The notes: generated by a model not told the origin, from the sequence alone. DNA of 64,000 nucleotides from Octopus vulgaris (GCA_951406725.2 OX597835.1:35092001-35156000); one strand, 5' to 3'. Shown: positions 40,849 to 55,473, numbered from the stretch's first letter. A program made the numbers and translations.

Positions 40849-41064
40849 AGTATACACACCCATTTACTATATTATATTATTGTTGAGCATAATCAAGTGT
40901 CCCTGGCAAGACTTTCCAGAATGTTTTAATCTCTCTGTCTCTCTTTATGTCTCTCTCAGTTTCTCTCTCTGTATATACATACATGCATACATACATACAC
41001 ACACACACACATATATACATACCACCACCACCTACAACAACAATGACATCAACAACAACATATT

Positions 41065-41274
41065 AATAATAACATAATAATGATAATAATGATGATGATG
41101 ATAATAATGATAATAATAATAATAGTAATAATAATAATAATAATAATAATGAAAATAATAATAATATTAACGATGATGATAATAATAGTAATAATAATAA
41201 TAATAATAATAATGATAATAATAGTAATAATAATAATAATAATAATAATGATAATAATAATAATAATAATAATG

Positions 41275-41322
<48 letters not shown>

Positions 41323-41326
41323 GTAT

Positions 41327-41376
<50 letters not shown>

Positions 41377-41440
41377 TAATAATAGTAATAATAATAGTAA
41401 TGATAATAATGATAATAATAATAATAATAATAATAATAAA

Positions 41441-41484
<44 letters not shown>

Positions 41485-41548
41485 TAATAATAGTAATAAT
41501 AATAGTAATGATAATAATGATAATAATAATAATAATAATAATAATAAA

Positions 41549-41609
<61 letters not shown>

Positions 41610-41610
41610 T
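41065..41610. repeat. (TAA)n microsatellite
   Basis: Directly visible. Confidence 0.95.
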
Positions 41611-41914
41611 ATTGAACAATATTAAGAAGGATGAGAGGAAAAAGAAAAAAGAAAAATAAGATTAGTGCAGAGATAGGACAATGCTGCTGCTGCTGCTGAT
41701 GATGATGGCAGTAAGGAGGAGGTGAGGGAGGTGTTAAGGATGGCTGGAAAATCGTGACTCGTGTGACGACGATCTTGCATTAAAAGATTCGATTGAAACA
41801 ATTTTTGAAAAGTATGTAATCCCGTATTGTATTGGAAAGAAATATTAGCAAAAGTCTGTAGGAATGGCGGGGCGGCGAGACGGCGTGGTGGTGGTGGGGA
41901 GGAAACACAATGAG

Positions 41915-41965
<51 letters not shown>

Positions 41966-42273
41966 ACAATAGACAACGAGAGAAACATAGAAAGGGAATA
42001 CAAATGAGAGAAAACATCGACGGAAAAAATATATTTAAAATGGCGTCGAAGACAAACGAAGTGTATGTATACAAAAAAAAATATGGAGGAAAATGTTTTG
42101 TTAAATACAAGAATGTTTGCTTGTCTTTGCTGGAGAGCTGTAATGTGTATAAAAGATTTGTTTATTTGTTTAAAAATTGTGGAAAGCAACATCTACGTAT
42201 ATACACATACGCAAAAAGAAAAAAAGTAACCGGGAATAAACATACATATGCGTACGCGCATACTCACACACTC

Positions 42274-42306
<33 letters not shown>

Positions 42307-42332
42307 TGTATGTATGTATGTATGTATGTATG

Positions 42333-42407
<75 letters not shown>

Positions 42408-42544
42408 GAGTGCGTGAGTATATATACATATATGTATATAAATATACAATATATTTTCTTAATGCGTATGTATTTAGTATGTATGTATGTGTATGTACGT
42501 GTGTGTGTGAATGAGTACGTGTGTTGTGTATGAACATACGTATG

Positions 42545-42586
<42 letters not shown>

Positions 42587-43542
42587 AGTATAGATGTATA
42601 AGCAATGTTTATATGTGCTTATACATACATACTTATGGCTATGTATGCCTATATATGTGCGTGCACTCTATCTATTTTTACTGTACACATACACATACAC
42701 ATATATATGTATGTGTGCATATGTGTTTGTATGTATATATATATATATATATGATTTATACATGAATACACATTCATATATATGTGTATATATACACGAA
42801 TACATACATATCTACATATTTATATATGTATATATAGATATATATATATCTGTCTATATCTATATATATCTATATGTATATATATAAGGATATACACACA
42901 GACACACATGTATACACACATGTGTGCATTTGTGCATGTTTATTTATGTAGAGTGAGTCAGAGAAATCTACGAATAAATACAATCATTTATGTACATATA
43001 AATGTGAATATAAATAATGTTATTATTAGCTTTATTCCTTCAATTGTTTTTTTTTTTTGTTTAGTATTTCCACTTTTAAAGATCACTCTGTATTATCTGA
43101 AGTTATAAATTATATTTGATCAATGATTTTAGTTTTTCCATTGATAGGGTGTAGTTTATGTAAGTACAGATCCAAAACGACATTTTAAAAATCATTTCTA
43201 CTTGTATGAAATGTTATTCAAATACACTCATCCTCTTCAATCACGGTTGTTTGATTCTCCACCAAAAACACACCGTGTTAAACGAATCAGTGGTAAGGAA
43301 TAATTGGACATATGAGAAACAAAGTGCTTCATTCACAGACCCCCATCTTACTTCGCCCCACTTCAACCTATCCAAATAATAGCTCCAAACCACTGGGCCA
43401 CGAACCTTCACACACACACATACAGACGTACTGACAGAAAGACACACATGGTCATACACACAAACACACACAGACATGCTCACCCACGAACACACACATG
43501 CTCACACACGCTCACACACAAGCACACACACACAAACAAACA

Positions 43543-43579
<37 letters not shown>

Positions 43580-43581
<2 letters not shown>

Positions 43582-43882
43582 GCTCTCCGTTGGTTACGAC
43601 GACGAGTCTTCCAGAAAATACTTCTGATCGACAGAACAGCCTGTTCGTGGAATTAATGTGTAAGTAGCTGAGAACTCCACAGACACGCGTACCCTTAATT
43701 TAGTCCTTAAAGATATTCAGCGTGACACAGAATGTGACAAGGCTGGCCCTTGTGAATTACAGGTACAGCTCATTTTTGCCAGCTAAGTGGACAGGAACGA
43801 CGCGAGATAAAGTGTCTTGCCCAAGGATGCAACACACTGCCGGGGAATCGAACTCTCGGCCTGATGATCGTGAGCCGAATAC
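43580..43882 (-). mobile_element. D-type SINE with alternative tail
   Basis: Minus strand: gagttcgattccccggc...ttgggcaagacactttatctc...ctggcaaaaatgag...gtcgtaaccaacggagagcc. Confidence 0.7.
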
Positions 43883-43931
43883 CCACACAGACACATACAC
43901 ACATGCGCATGCGCACATAAATTTGTGTTAA

Positions 43932-44270
43932 TAATCTCTTGGACTTGTTTGTCGATGTTTCACAACATACAACCGTATGAAAGGATAGGTTCTACGTATG
44001 CCACTAAAACTCTTCTCTCACTCCTATTAACAGCTGTTTCTTTGACAAAATAAATCTTTGATCTGATCTAAAGGAGCTTTAGCATGTCCATTCCTTTAAT
44101 TAATGTCTTTGATAATTTTCCCATCAAGATGTAATGATGGTTCCCCAGTATTTCAAACTAACAACTCGTTTGAAGGTTGTAGCATTGATTCTTGTGTTGC
44201 AAATTGGTTCTAATTTCTTTGAGATTGCCATTGTCTCCCCCACTTTTTTTCTGCCAAGACCCAAACCAAT
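43932..44270 (-). pseudogene. RTE-like LINE reverse transcriptase C-terminal fragment
   Basis: Frameshifted peptides ETMAISKK..PICNTRINATTFKRVVSLKYWGTIIT, DGKIIKDIN and RRVLVAYVEPILSYGC. Confidence 0.7.
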
Positions 44271-44302
44271 CCTTTAACTCTCATCATTATTAATGGTTCT
44301 AA

Positions 44303-44520
44303 AGGCAGCGAGCTGGCAGAATCGTTAAGCAAGTCGTAAAAGTGTTTAGAAATATTTCACCCATCTTTAAATACAAGGTTCAAATTTCGCCGGGATACGA
44401 CTCTTGCATTTCATCCTTCCGAGGTCGATAAAATAAGTACCAGTAAAGTACTAGGATCAAAGCAGTCCACTTCCCCTTCCCCTCAAAAATTGCTAGCCTT
44501 GTTTTAAAATTTGAAACCGG
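44303..44520 (+). mobile_element. SINE family B-related copy
   Basis: ggcagcgagctggcagaatcg...tttcatccttccgaggtcgataaaataagtaccag. Confidence 0.75.
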
Positions 44521-44707
44521 TATTGGTTTGTTTGCGTTACTGTATCTCTGGCGGTTCGATAAAAGAAACAAACAAGATAACCATCAGGCTTAAGAATAAG
44601 TACTGGGGTTGATTTGTACAACGAAAGAAAAACCCGCCAGGTGGTGTCCTTGATAGTTCTCACCAATGTTTGAAGATCTTTTAATAATAATAATAAATGC
44701 GTCCTTT

Positions 44708-44937
44708 TAAAGCCTAGCCAGGCCCATGGCCCTGTTTCCCGGTTTCTATGGCATATGTGTTCCCTAGCTGGACGGGATGCCAGTCAACTGCAGCCTTACT
44801 CATTTTTACCAGCTGAGTGGACTGGAGCAACGTGAAATGAAGTGTTTTGCTCAAGAACACAACGCATCGCCTGGTCCAGGAATCGAAACCACAATCTTAC
44901 GATCATGAAACTGACACCCTAACCACCAAGCCACGCG
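44708..44937 (-). mobile_element. D-type SINE with tail type 4
   Basis: Minus strand: cgcgtggcttggtggttaggg...ggtttcgattcc...gactggcatcccgtccagc...gaaaccgggaaac. Confidence 0.75.
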
Positions 44938-44994
44938 TTGTTGGCGCAGTTTCTGCTTAGCTTTGATGCTGGTATATCTTTTGCTTTTTACATG

Positions 44995-46049
44995 CTTGAA
45001 CTGCGGCCATGCTAGGGCACTACCTTGAGGGTTTTTTTTCTTGAGCTGTGCAAATCGAACCCTAATACTTATTTTAAAGTCTGGTAACTATCTTATTCGT
45101 TTCTTTTGCAGAACCGTCAGAGATATGGTAACGCAAACAAACCAACACCGGTTATAAAGTGGTATTGGGGCGACATACGCTAACACATAGATACACAGAC
45201 ACACACACACACACACACACATATGTACATACACAATGGGCTTTTATCACAGTTTCTGTCTATCAAATTCACTCACGAGGCATTTTCGGCTTGGGGTTGG
45301 CTCACGACAAAACTCCTTTAAGGAGTAGTTGAATGATTGAAACTAATATAGGCGTAGGAGTGGCTGTGCGGTAAGTAGCTTGCTTACCAACCACATGGTT
45401 CCCGGTTCAGTCCCACTGCGTGGCACTTTGGGCAAGTGTCTTCTACTATAGACTTGGGCCGACCAAAGCCTTGTGAGTGGATTTGGTAGACGGAAACTGA
45501 AAGAAGCCCGAAGTATATATGTATATGTATATATGTGTGTATGCTTGTGTGTCTGTGTTCGCCCTCCCCCAACATCGCTTGACAACCGATGCTGATGTGT
45601 TTACGTCCTCGTAACTTAGCGGTTCGGCAAAAGAGGCCGATAGAATAAGTACTAGGGTCGATTTGCTCGACTAAAGGCGGAGCTCCAGCATGGCCACAGT
45701 CAAATGACTGAAACAAGTAAAAGAGTAAAAGAGCATAGACTCGCGCCGACCAAATTCTTGTGAGTGGATTTGGTACACAGAAACTGAAAGAAGCCCGTCG
45801 TATATATAATATATGTATATATTCATATGTGTGTGTCGTTGTGTTTGTGTTTGTCCCCCTGTCATCGCTTGACAACTGATGTTGATGTATTTCCGTCTCC
45901 ACAACGTAGCGGTTCTGCAAGACAGACCGATAGAACAAGTAATGGGGGTCGATTCATTCGACTAAAGATTCAACGTAGTGTTCCAGCATAAACGCAGTCG
46001 AATGAATGAAACAAGTAAAAAAAGAATAAAAGAATAAAAGAATAAAATA

Positions 46050-46050
<1 letters not shown>
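44995..46050. mobile_element. Cluster of SINE A copies: 44995-45300 (-), 45351-45733 (+), 45745-46050 (+)
   Basis: Homology to other family A copies. Confidence 0.8.
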
Positions 46051-46103
<53 letters not shown>

Positions 46104-46131
46104 ATGTGTGTGTGTGTGTATGTGTGTGTGT

Positions 46132-46655
46132 GTGTGGTCTGATCAATAAGTATCCGGACTATTGCTATAGTAACGAGGCTAACACACGCAGAGTTCTGGT
46201 ATGTTTACATCCCCGTAACCTAGCTGTTCGGCAAAAGAGACCGGTAGCATAAATACCAGGCTTACGGGGTCGATTTGTTCGACTAAAACCCTTGACGGCC
46301 TCCCAGAACGTTCGTCAATATCGATATTTTTTCGACCAACTTGGAAACATCTGAATCACTCGTACACTTGTGTGCGGTTCAAACACTCTTCTCCATACAC
46401 TTTCCGCGACTTTGTGTTGGCCTCTGAACAAGTATTGCCATGACAACTTTCGATCTCTTGGTCAATGCGACGATCACACGCTACACACCTTCCTTCCAAG
46501 CACTGCTGTAAACAGCGAAAATGAGTTAGAACGTTAAAACTTAGTGAGCATGCCTAGCAGAGTTCAAAGTCAACCCGTGCCAAACGGCTTCACTGTGCGT
46601 GCTTTAGTTTCGTTACTATGGCAACAGACCGGATACTGATCAATCAAACCTCGTA
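46132..46655. mobile_element. Non-autonomous mariner-type element with internal SINE A fragment
   Basis: Terminal inverted repeats ggtctgatcaataagtatccggactattgctatagtaacgag / ttcgttactatggcaacagaccggatactgatcaatcaaacctcg-ta; SINE A piece at about 46196-46290. Confidence 0.75.
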
Positions 46656-46676
46656 CATATATACCAAATTGTCAGT

Positions 46677-46905
46677 CTGGAAAAGCTTAGATTTTCCGGA
46701 AAAAAAAGAAAAAATTATCAACCAACTGATTCACACATTACAAATACAATTTGTAAGTGGAGCAGTAAAACTATGAAAGACTTTTTTCAAGTTTAAGATG
46801 TAACATTTTTTCTTTATCTACATTGAAGCGATAGACCTTTGTATCTTTATTAGAAACCAGCTCTTGCTTCAAAGGGAGAACTTAAATGATTAAATACAGA
46901 AGATA
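46677..46905 (+). mobile_element. 3' end of RLE-type LINE, ending in (CATA)n
   Basis: LEKLRFSG..., then LIHTLQIQFVSGAVKL*KTFFKFKM*; related to the 58010-58353 fragment. Confidence 0.6.
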
Positions 46906-46945
46906 CATACATACATGTATGTGTGAATGTATACACACACACACG

Positions 46946-47009
<64 letters not shown>

Positions 47010-47010
<1 letters not shown>

Positions 47011-47640
47011 GATGAGCTTCCTTAAGTTTCCGTCTACCAAATCCACTCAAAAGGCTTTGGTCAGCCCGAAGCTATAGTAGAAGACACTCACCCAAAGTGC
47101 CACGCCGGGGGACTGAACTCGGAATCATGTTGTTGGGAAGCAAGCTCCTAACCACACAGCCACGCCTGCGCCTACATATTTATATATATATGCATGCATG
47201 TATATACATATATGTGTGTGTGTGTGTGTGTATGTGTGTTTGAGTGTGTATACATGCATATTCCCAGCCACATTGTTCTGGTTTCAGTCCCTCAACGTGG
47301 CAAGTATCTTCTACTTTAACCTCGGTCCGACCAAAGCCTGATGAGTGGATTTGGTAGACGGAAACTAAATGAAACCAACCCGTCATACACACACATGCAT
47401 ATATCTATATGTGCGTATGTCTTTTTGTGTGTGTTTGTTACCCCGCCCACCCACCACTTGATAATCGATGCTGATGTGTTTACATCCGCGTAACTTAGCT
47501 GTTCTGCAAAAGAGACCGATTTAATAAATACCAGGCTTAAAAAGTCCTTGGGGCGATTCGTTCGACTAAAATCCTTCAAGGCGGTGCCCCAACATGGCCG
47601 CTGTTAGATGACTGAAACAAGCAAAAATAAAAGAAAAAAA
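47010..47640. mobile_element. Divergent SINE A pair: 47010-47174 (-) and 47265-47640 (+)
   Basis: Homology to family A. Confidence 0.8.
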
Positions 47641-47950
47641 TATACATGCCTGCATGCATACATACATACATACACACATACATACATACATACATACATA
47701 CATTACATACATACATACATATATAAATATATGTGTCTGTGTGTATGTATGCATGCACATACAAGCACACACGTACAAACACACACACACACACATATAT
47801 ATATATATGCATACATATATATATATATCTGTACGCACTACATGTGTGTGTGTGTTTGTATCTCGTGCGTTTTAGATTTTCTTTGAAAATCTTTGTTAAG
47901 AACATTGATGAATATTTCCGCTCTTTACCCTTTCTCGCAGCCAACCGCTC

Positions 47951-48005
<55 letters not shown>

Positions 48006-48291
48006 TACACACATACATACACACATACTTTCATACATGCGTACATGTGTATATGTATATATATAAGCATACATATATATATATATATATGTGTATATGT
48101 GTATGTTTGTGTACATCCGTGTGGGTGTGCGTAGATGAATATATGCGTGTAGGAATGTTTGTGTGTATGTGTGTGTGTGTGCGTGTGTGTGTGTGTGTGT
48201 GCATTTTTGTAGCTTAGCTATTCCACTTCCAACTACTTTCGACTAAACGAGAGAAAATATCTTTACTCAATCTCCAGCATGGCGAACACAT

Positions 48292-48342
<51 letters not shown>

Positions 48343-48517
48343 CACACGTTCAAAGAAAGGCATTCGAACACAGACAAAACACATAAGTAAATATTACTCA
48401 CTTACTCTCTCTTTCTCTTTTGCGCACACGCACACACACACTCACACACACATATATATCAATATGTGTGTGTATGTTTATCTATATATGTATGTAGATA
48501 CGTGCGCTTAGTTACAC

Positions 48518-48557
<40 letters not shown>

Positions 48558-49337
48558 TCACGCACATATCGATCTGAGAAGCAAACCAAGTGAAGCAAAA
48601 TAAAATAAAATAAAATAAAATAAAAAATATATATATAAAAGTAAAAAAAATAAAAAAAAAAACAAAGAAAAAACCCGAAGAACGGCAGCGATGCGAAGAT
48701 TCCAAATGTTGGTAACCTGTTACTTACTGCAAGCATCAAATCGATTGATTTCTTCGCCGTCTTCTTAAGCAAGTATCTCAATTAGGTTACTAATCTCTGA
48801 TAGATTTATCGAACTGGATTCTATTTTTATTTGTCTCACCGCTTCGTAGCTTTGGCCTCGACTCGAGTTCATTGCACATGGTGTTACTATATACGTATGT
48901 ATGTATGCATGCATGCATGTATGTATGTATGTATGTATGTATGTATGTATGTATGTATGTATGTATGTATGTATGTATGTATGAATATATGTATGCATGC
49001 ATGTATGCATGTATGTATGTATGTATGTATGTATGTTTATATGTATGTATGTGTGTGTGTATGTATGTAAGTATGTACGTTTGTATGTATGTGTGAATGT
49101 ATGTATGTATGTGTATATGAATGGATGTTTGTGTGCATGTATGAATGTATCTATCTATATACGTGTGAGTATGTGTATGTGTGCATGTATGTATGTGTGT
49201 GTGTATGTATGTATGTGTGTGTGTATGGATGAATGTGTGCGTGCGTGCATGTATGTATGTATGTATGTATGTATCTATCTATGTACGTGTGAGTACGTGT
49301 ATGTGTGATTGTATGTATGTATATATGTGTATATGTG

Positions 49338-49368
<31 letters not shown>

Positions 49369-49521
49369 ATAGATAAGCATGTAAATGGATAAATAGCTAG
49401 ATAGATAAATGGATAGACACATGATAGATAGGCTCAGAAAGACAGACAGATAAACGGAGAGATAGATCGATTAAATAGTGAGACAGAATATTTAGATAGA
49501 TAGGCAGGTAAATGGATAAAC

Positions 49522-49558
<37 letters not shown>

Positions 49559-49785
49559 GAAGAAGAAGTGAGAGAGTAAGAGAGAGAGACAAACTGATAG
49601 TCGATAAATAGATAAACAGATAGATAGAGGGGATATGAACAGGTGTAAAAATTCAAAGCTTAAAGAATATATTTCTGTTTTTCGAAGACGAATAGCTCCA
49701 GCAGAAGACGGAAACACTAGTCAAACTCATGTATACTCAGGCGCGCGTCTGTGCAATGTATGTGTGTATGTATATATATATATAC

Positions 49786-49964
49786 AGGGAGAGTTTACGA
49801 AAAAAACAAGAACAAAAGACGAAGACAGGCGGTGTATAAAACAAACAGATTTATTAGTATAACGCTCAGGAATAGAAAAAGTCTTTTACTTTTCGAGCCT
49901 ACGCTCTTCTACAGAAAGGGACACAGAAAAAAACAAGGAGAGAAAAAAATGTGTGTAGTGGCTA

Positions 49965-49965
<1 letters not shown>
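49786..49965 (-). mobile_element. Short PLE-like unit with minimal HHR (49883-49918), (TA)n on both sides
   Basis: Minus strand: cttt CTGTAGA a gagc gtag gctc GAAA AG TA aaag. Confidence 0.65.
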
Positions 49966-49999
<34 letters not shown>

Positions 50000-50058
50000 T
50001 AAAAGATATATATACATCATCTAAATCTATCTATCTGTCTGTCTGTCTGTCTCTCTCT

Positions 50059-50098
<40 letters not shown>

Positions 50099-50105
50099 TT
50101 ATATT

Positions 50106-50437
50106 GACCCCTTTTGGTCATGACTGACCATAGGATTGCACCTAGAAAGTTACCCTCCCAGGCAAAAGTCCGGGCAAGGTTGTCTTATGGAAGATCAGCA
50201 ATCGCCTATGCATACCGGCCTCCCCTCTCCACACCACCAGTGTTATCCAAGGGAAAGGCAACAGCCAATACAGCTTGACACCTCTGACGTCGCAACTCAT
50301 TTCTACAGCTGAGTTAACTGGAGCAACGTGAAATAAAGTGTCTTGCTCAAGAACGCAACTCGCAGCTCGGTCCGGGATTCCAACTCACAACCTCACGATT
50401 ATAAGCTCGACGCTCTAACTACTGAGCCATGCGCCTT
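50106..50437 (-). mobile_element. Full SINE family D
   Basis: Diverged reverse complement of 40268-40598. Confidence 0.9.
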
Positions 50438-50574
50438 CACTATAAACTTATATATACAATTGGCCTCCACACAGTTTCATCAACCAAATTCTCTCACAAA
50501 GAATTGGTTGGCAAAGTATTTTGTCCGATATTTTAATTATTTTGGTAATCCTACGAAAACAACGCAAATAATTA

Positions 50575-51105
50575 TTTCAAATTTTGCATAAGGCCAGCAA
50601 TTTCTGGGTAGGGACCAGCGTAATGAGATCGAGCCTAGACTTTTCAAGTTGTACTAATCGACTCCGAAAAGATGAAAGGTAAAGTCGACCTCGGCAGAAT
50701 TTGAACTCAGAACGTAAAAAAAGACGAAATGCCGTTAATCGTGTTGCTCGACATGCTAACGATTCCGGCAGCTCGCGGCCTTAATAACAACAGAAATAAT
50801 GATTTCACATTTTGGCACAAGGCCAGCAATTTTGGGGGGAGGGGCTAAGTAGATTACATCGACCCCAGTATTCAACTAGTACACTATTTTATGGATCCCG
50901 AATGGATGAAAAGTAAAGTTAATCTCGACGGAATTCGAACTCAGAAGATAAAGATGGAGGTCTGAAATTTGGGGGAGGAGGTAAGTCGACCCCGAGAGGC
51001 AAAGTCGACCTTGGCGGGATTTGAACTCAGAACGTCTTTAAGACAGACGAAATTCTGCTAAGTATTTTGCTCAGCGTTCTAGCGATTCTGCCAGCTCGCG
51101 GCCTT
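50575..51105 (-). mobile_element. Three tandem SINE B-related copies with alternative tail
   Basis: Repeated aaagtcgacctcggc...tttgaactcagaa cores and aaggccagcaattt tails. Confidence 0.75.
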
Positions 51106-51222
51106 AGCAACACAAATTATTAGCAGCGATAATAAGAGCAATAACAAACAGCAATAACAACAATAACAATAATAACAACAACAGCAGCAGTAACTGCCAC
51201 AGTAAAAGAACAACAATAACGG

Positions 51223-51699
51223 TGGAGGCGCAATGGCCCAGTGGTTAGGGCAGCGGACTCGCGGTCGTAAGAATGCGGTTTCGATTCCAGGTCTGGGCAT
51301 TGTGAGTATTTATTGAACAAAAACACCTAAAGCTCAACGATGCTCCGGCGGGAGGATGGGGGTGAACCCCGATGTACTCTTTTATCACAACTTTCTCTCA
51401 CTCTTTCGTCCTACTTCTGCCATAAAGCAGGGGAACCATGTTGTAACACACTATGGTGTGGTAAATTTTCCGACCCTCGTCTAGATTGCGAATCCTCTGT
51501 ACTCCAAGATGGTTCAGCTCTCCACCCATTAAAAGCCACCGTTTACGGAACGAGGATAACAACGTAGCTTTCGCGCCCATGCAGCCGCCAGTCTATCGCG
51601 TGTAGTGGGTGGATCTTCAAGTTGCCAGACGCATTCTTAGCTTAGAGTAAGCTCAAATTAGAGATTATTCTTTGTGGCTAATGGCGTGAGTTCTGATCA
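51223..51699 (+). mobile_element. SINE family C with full tail type 3, ending in (GAA)n
   Basis: Family C head; tail shared with 9517-9743. Confidence 0.75.
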
Positions 51700-52106
51700 G
51701 AAGAAGAAGAAGAAGAAGAAGACAACAACAACGAAAAGCAAAAGGACAAAAATAGAAGGATGAAGAAAAAGAAGAATAAGAAGAAAATGAAGTAAAAGGC
51801 GAAGCGAAAGAAAACTGACGACAAGGGCGAACAATTGCGATAACAATAAACGGATCAAGTAGAATATATCAAAGAATGAAAAATGACAAAGTTTATAAAT
51901 GACGGAGTATTTAAAATTGAACCCTCGACAGCCATTTAACAACGAATTTGTGTTACATGAGCCGTAGAGATAATCGTGACAGTGGTGTGTGTGTGTGTGT
52001 TTCTGTCGCAATTGTTTGACATGTAACGCTCAGAGAAAAAGAGAGAGAGTAGAGGTGAGAGGGAGTCAAATAAGAGTGAAAGGGAGATTGTCAGGGAGGG
52101 AGAGTG

Positions 52107-52137
<31 letters not shown>

Positions 52138-52178
52138 CTATATATATATGTTTGTATATATATATGTATGTATGTATG

Positions 52179-52212
<34 letters not shown>

Positions 52213-52240
52213 ATTATATACATACATACACAGATATATC

Positions 52241-52289
<49 letters not shown>

Positions 52290-52344
52290 GAGGGAAAGGC
52301 AGGGCTTGGAGACAGATATATTATTCATGCTCATATACATAAAC

Positions 52345-52424
<80 letters not shown>

Positions 52425-52640
52425 AAGGAAAGATTGGCAAACAACGATATATTATCGAATGTATTTATATTTTTTTAAAAAATACCAGTAAGGTGAGGAT
52501 TTGAGGCACATTTAACTATTATTTCTAACCTCTCTGGAAATCTGGTGGATGTCTCTCTTTTTACCCAGAAAATATCTAAAATGTTAATGGTTTACACCGA
52601 CTGACAATCAGACAATTTGACAGAGTGTATTAGTGAAGGA

Positions 52641-52706
<66 letters not shown>

Positions 52707-52750
52707 GAGAGAGAGAGAGAGTGGGAGAAAGACAATGAGAAACAAAGGTG

Positions 52751-52785
<35 letters not shown>

Positions 52786-52799
52786 TGTATGTGTGTGTG

Positions 52800-52835
<36 letters not shown>

Positions 52836-52875
52836 TGTATGTATATATCTGTATATACATGTATGTGCCTGTATG

Positions 52876-52922
<47 letters not shown>

Positions 52923-52925
52923 TTG

Positions 52926-52975
<50 letters not shown>

Positions 52976-53100
52976 GAACGTAGGCTCGAAACGTCAAGCA
53001 CTTTTTCCACTTTTCCTGAGCGTCAAAACTAATACATCCTGTGTGTTGTTCTTTCTGCTGCCTCTTATTTTTGTATACATTTTGTGTAATTTTGAACCAT
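52976..53100 (+). mobile_element. 5'-truncated PLE-like unit (3' half of HHR)
   Basis: gaacgtaggctc GAAA CG TC aagc...gagcgtcaaaactaatacatc, directly after (TA)n. Confidence 0.55.
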
Positions 53101-53269
53101 ATATACATACGGAGAGAAAGAGAGAGAGAGAGTAATTAAGAAACAAAAGAGAGATAGGGTAACAAAAGGGAGAGAGAAAGAGTGAGAGAGAGAGAAAGAG
53201 AAATGCAGAGAGATATGTGTAGTACATTTAAGTAGGAAAACTCTGACAGTCAAAGTGAGTGTGCGTGTT

Positions 53270-53320
<51 letters not shown>

Positions 53321-53710
53321 GAGAGAGTGAGGCGGAGAGGTGAGCACAGAACACCACTTAGTAGGTAGACAATTAGACAGGTATCTAGGTGACACTATTT
53401 AGAAGAGGAAAAAAAGTCATCAAAGTAGGAAATTGGTTGTAGGTTCTATCTACGCATTCAGGTAGAAGTATGAGTGTGGATATGAATGTCTGTCAGTCTG
53501 TTTGTGTACAGATATACATATGGATATATGTTTGCTTCTACAGAGATTCAATATGTAACAGACTCGTCTCTCTTTCTTTCACACACACACATACTTCATA
53601 ATCTGTATTTTATTGCTGTCCTGGATTACAATATTAAGTTGTAAATATACCAATATATATATATTTTGTCTTTTACATTTTTCAGTCATTAGACTGCAGC
53701 TATGCTGATG

Positions 53711-53920
53711 TACCTATTTCTTTACTACCCACAAGCAGCTAAACACAGAGAGGACAAACAAGGACAGACAAACGGATTAAGTCGATTATATCGACCCTGG
53801 TGCGTAACTGGTACTTATTTAATCGACCTCGGCGGAATTTGAAATCAGAACGTAGCGACGGACGAAATATCGCTAAACATTTCGCCCGGCGTGCTAACGT
53901 TTCTGCCAGCTCGTCGCCTT
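53711..53920 (-). mobile_element. SINE family B
   Basis: Head and tail intact, with an internal deletion. Confidence 0.85.
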
Positions 53921-54044
53921 AAAGAAGCTAAGTATTCATTAATTCGAAACAGAGACCTAAAATATGTTCATTTCTCCCAACAATTTACCAGACTTCATTC
54001 TCAACCCTTTCCCCACAAAATAACAGTATGTAAACGATAGTATT

Positions 54045-54352
54045 GTGAAGGCACGTGGCCTAGTGGTTAGAGCAGCGGATTCGCGGTCTAGGCATCGCGG
54101 GTTCGAATCTCAGACTGGGCGATGTGTGTGTTTATGAGCGAAACACTCAAGTTCCACGCGGCTCCGGCAGAAGGTAATGGCGAACTTTTGCTGTCTCTTT
54201 CACCACAACTTTCTCTCACTCTTTCCTCCTGCGTCTTGCAGTTCACCTGCAACGGACCGGCGTCCCGTCCTAGTGGGGAACCTATACGCCAAGGAAACCG
54301 GGAAACCAGCCCTTATGAGCCAGGCGTGGCTCGAGAAGGAAGAAACAACAAC
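54045..54352 (+). mobile_element. C-type SINE with tail type 4 and 13-bp TSD
   Basis: aaacgatagtatt at 54032-54044 and 54353-54365. Confidence 0.85.
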
Positions 54353-54484
54353 AAACGATAGTATTATTAAATAAACACCTTAAAATTTCGTTATATCCAG
54401 GATTTAAGTAAAAATGCATTCATTATACATTAATTTTAGAAAATTACTATCTTTAACGAGAGATATTCAGCAACAGTACTTTGG

Positions 54485-54665
54485 AGTAAAGATTGTTTGC
54501 CAACATAATATGGCAGTCCTAGTTTTGGACGAATGTTGCTGTAATTTAGCCCCCGGAAACATCGTGTCGTATAGCCAGCTGGAGACGATGTCTCATGGGA
54601 CTAAATTACAGTAACATTCGTACTAAACCAGGACTGCCATGTTATATTGGTAAACAATCTTTACT
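54485..54665. mobile_element. Fold-back / MITE-like inverted repeat, about 84-bp arms
   Basis: agtaaagattgtttgccaacataatatggcagtcct... / ...aggactgccatgttatattggtaaacaatctttact. Confidence 0.7.
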
Positions 54666-55473
54666 TATATTTTAGCATGATATTTTATTAGAAAATGTCA
54701 CTATTGAAATGAGCTTTGCATTGACGCTTTCTAAGGTAAACACTTGTGTGCTGACGGTGGCCCAGGCGGTGTAGCATCTCGGGAAGTGCTTTGGCGGGAT
54801 GCGTATTTCGGATTTCAAATCAAGGAATAAGATGCATTGAAAATACGTATTTAATAATTTTGCTTACTCATCTCTTAAAATCTTAAAATTTGGAGTCTTA
54901 AGTAAACGTGTATAGAACCATTTCATTCTTTTTAGAAATCGTCAGTACAATATAATCCGATGTAAATAACTTAAAGGAAACTCAACATCTTACACAGCAA
55001 GATATTTCTTATAAGTTGCAAAATAGCTAGTTTCGAAGACATTGTTCAGAGGGCGTTAATAGTTCAACAATTGAGAGAGAAGAGAGAGATCAAGCTTTTA
55101 CATACAGACTAACTGATTCCAGAGAGTTTTACCTTCTGTCTATGCTATCATTGTTGTGTGTAATTTAGTTTAAAGTACGAATGAAATTCACAATCCGTTC
55201 TCGCCATCTTCTTTCGAGCGTACTGTTGGTTTCAAGCTGTTATTTCATTGTAGTAATCTTTCGGTAGTAATAATTACTTGCCATCGTAAGTGAATCGAGA
55301 AACACATTCAACGCGCAGTTCAGATTCACAAAGAATAATGTTTACTGCAATTTGAACTCGTTTCCTTATGAGTTGGATGCTCAATACTTTCTCCATTCAA
55401 TCATAATAATACATTTGAAGCCGAAGATGGCAATTTCCTCTAATGGCCGATAGAGCTGGCATCATATATATAC

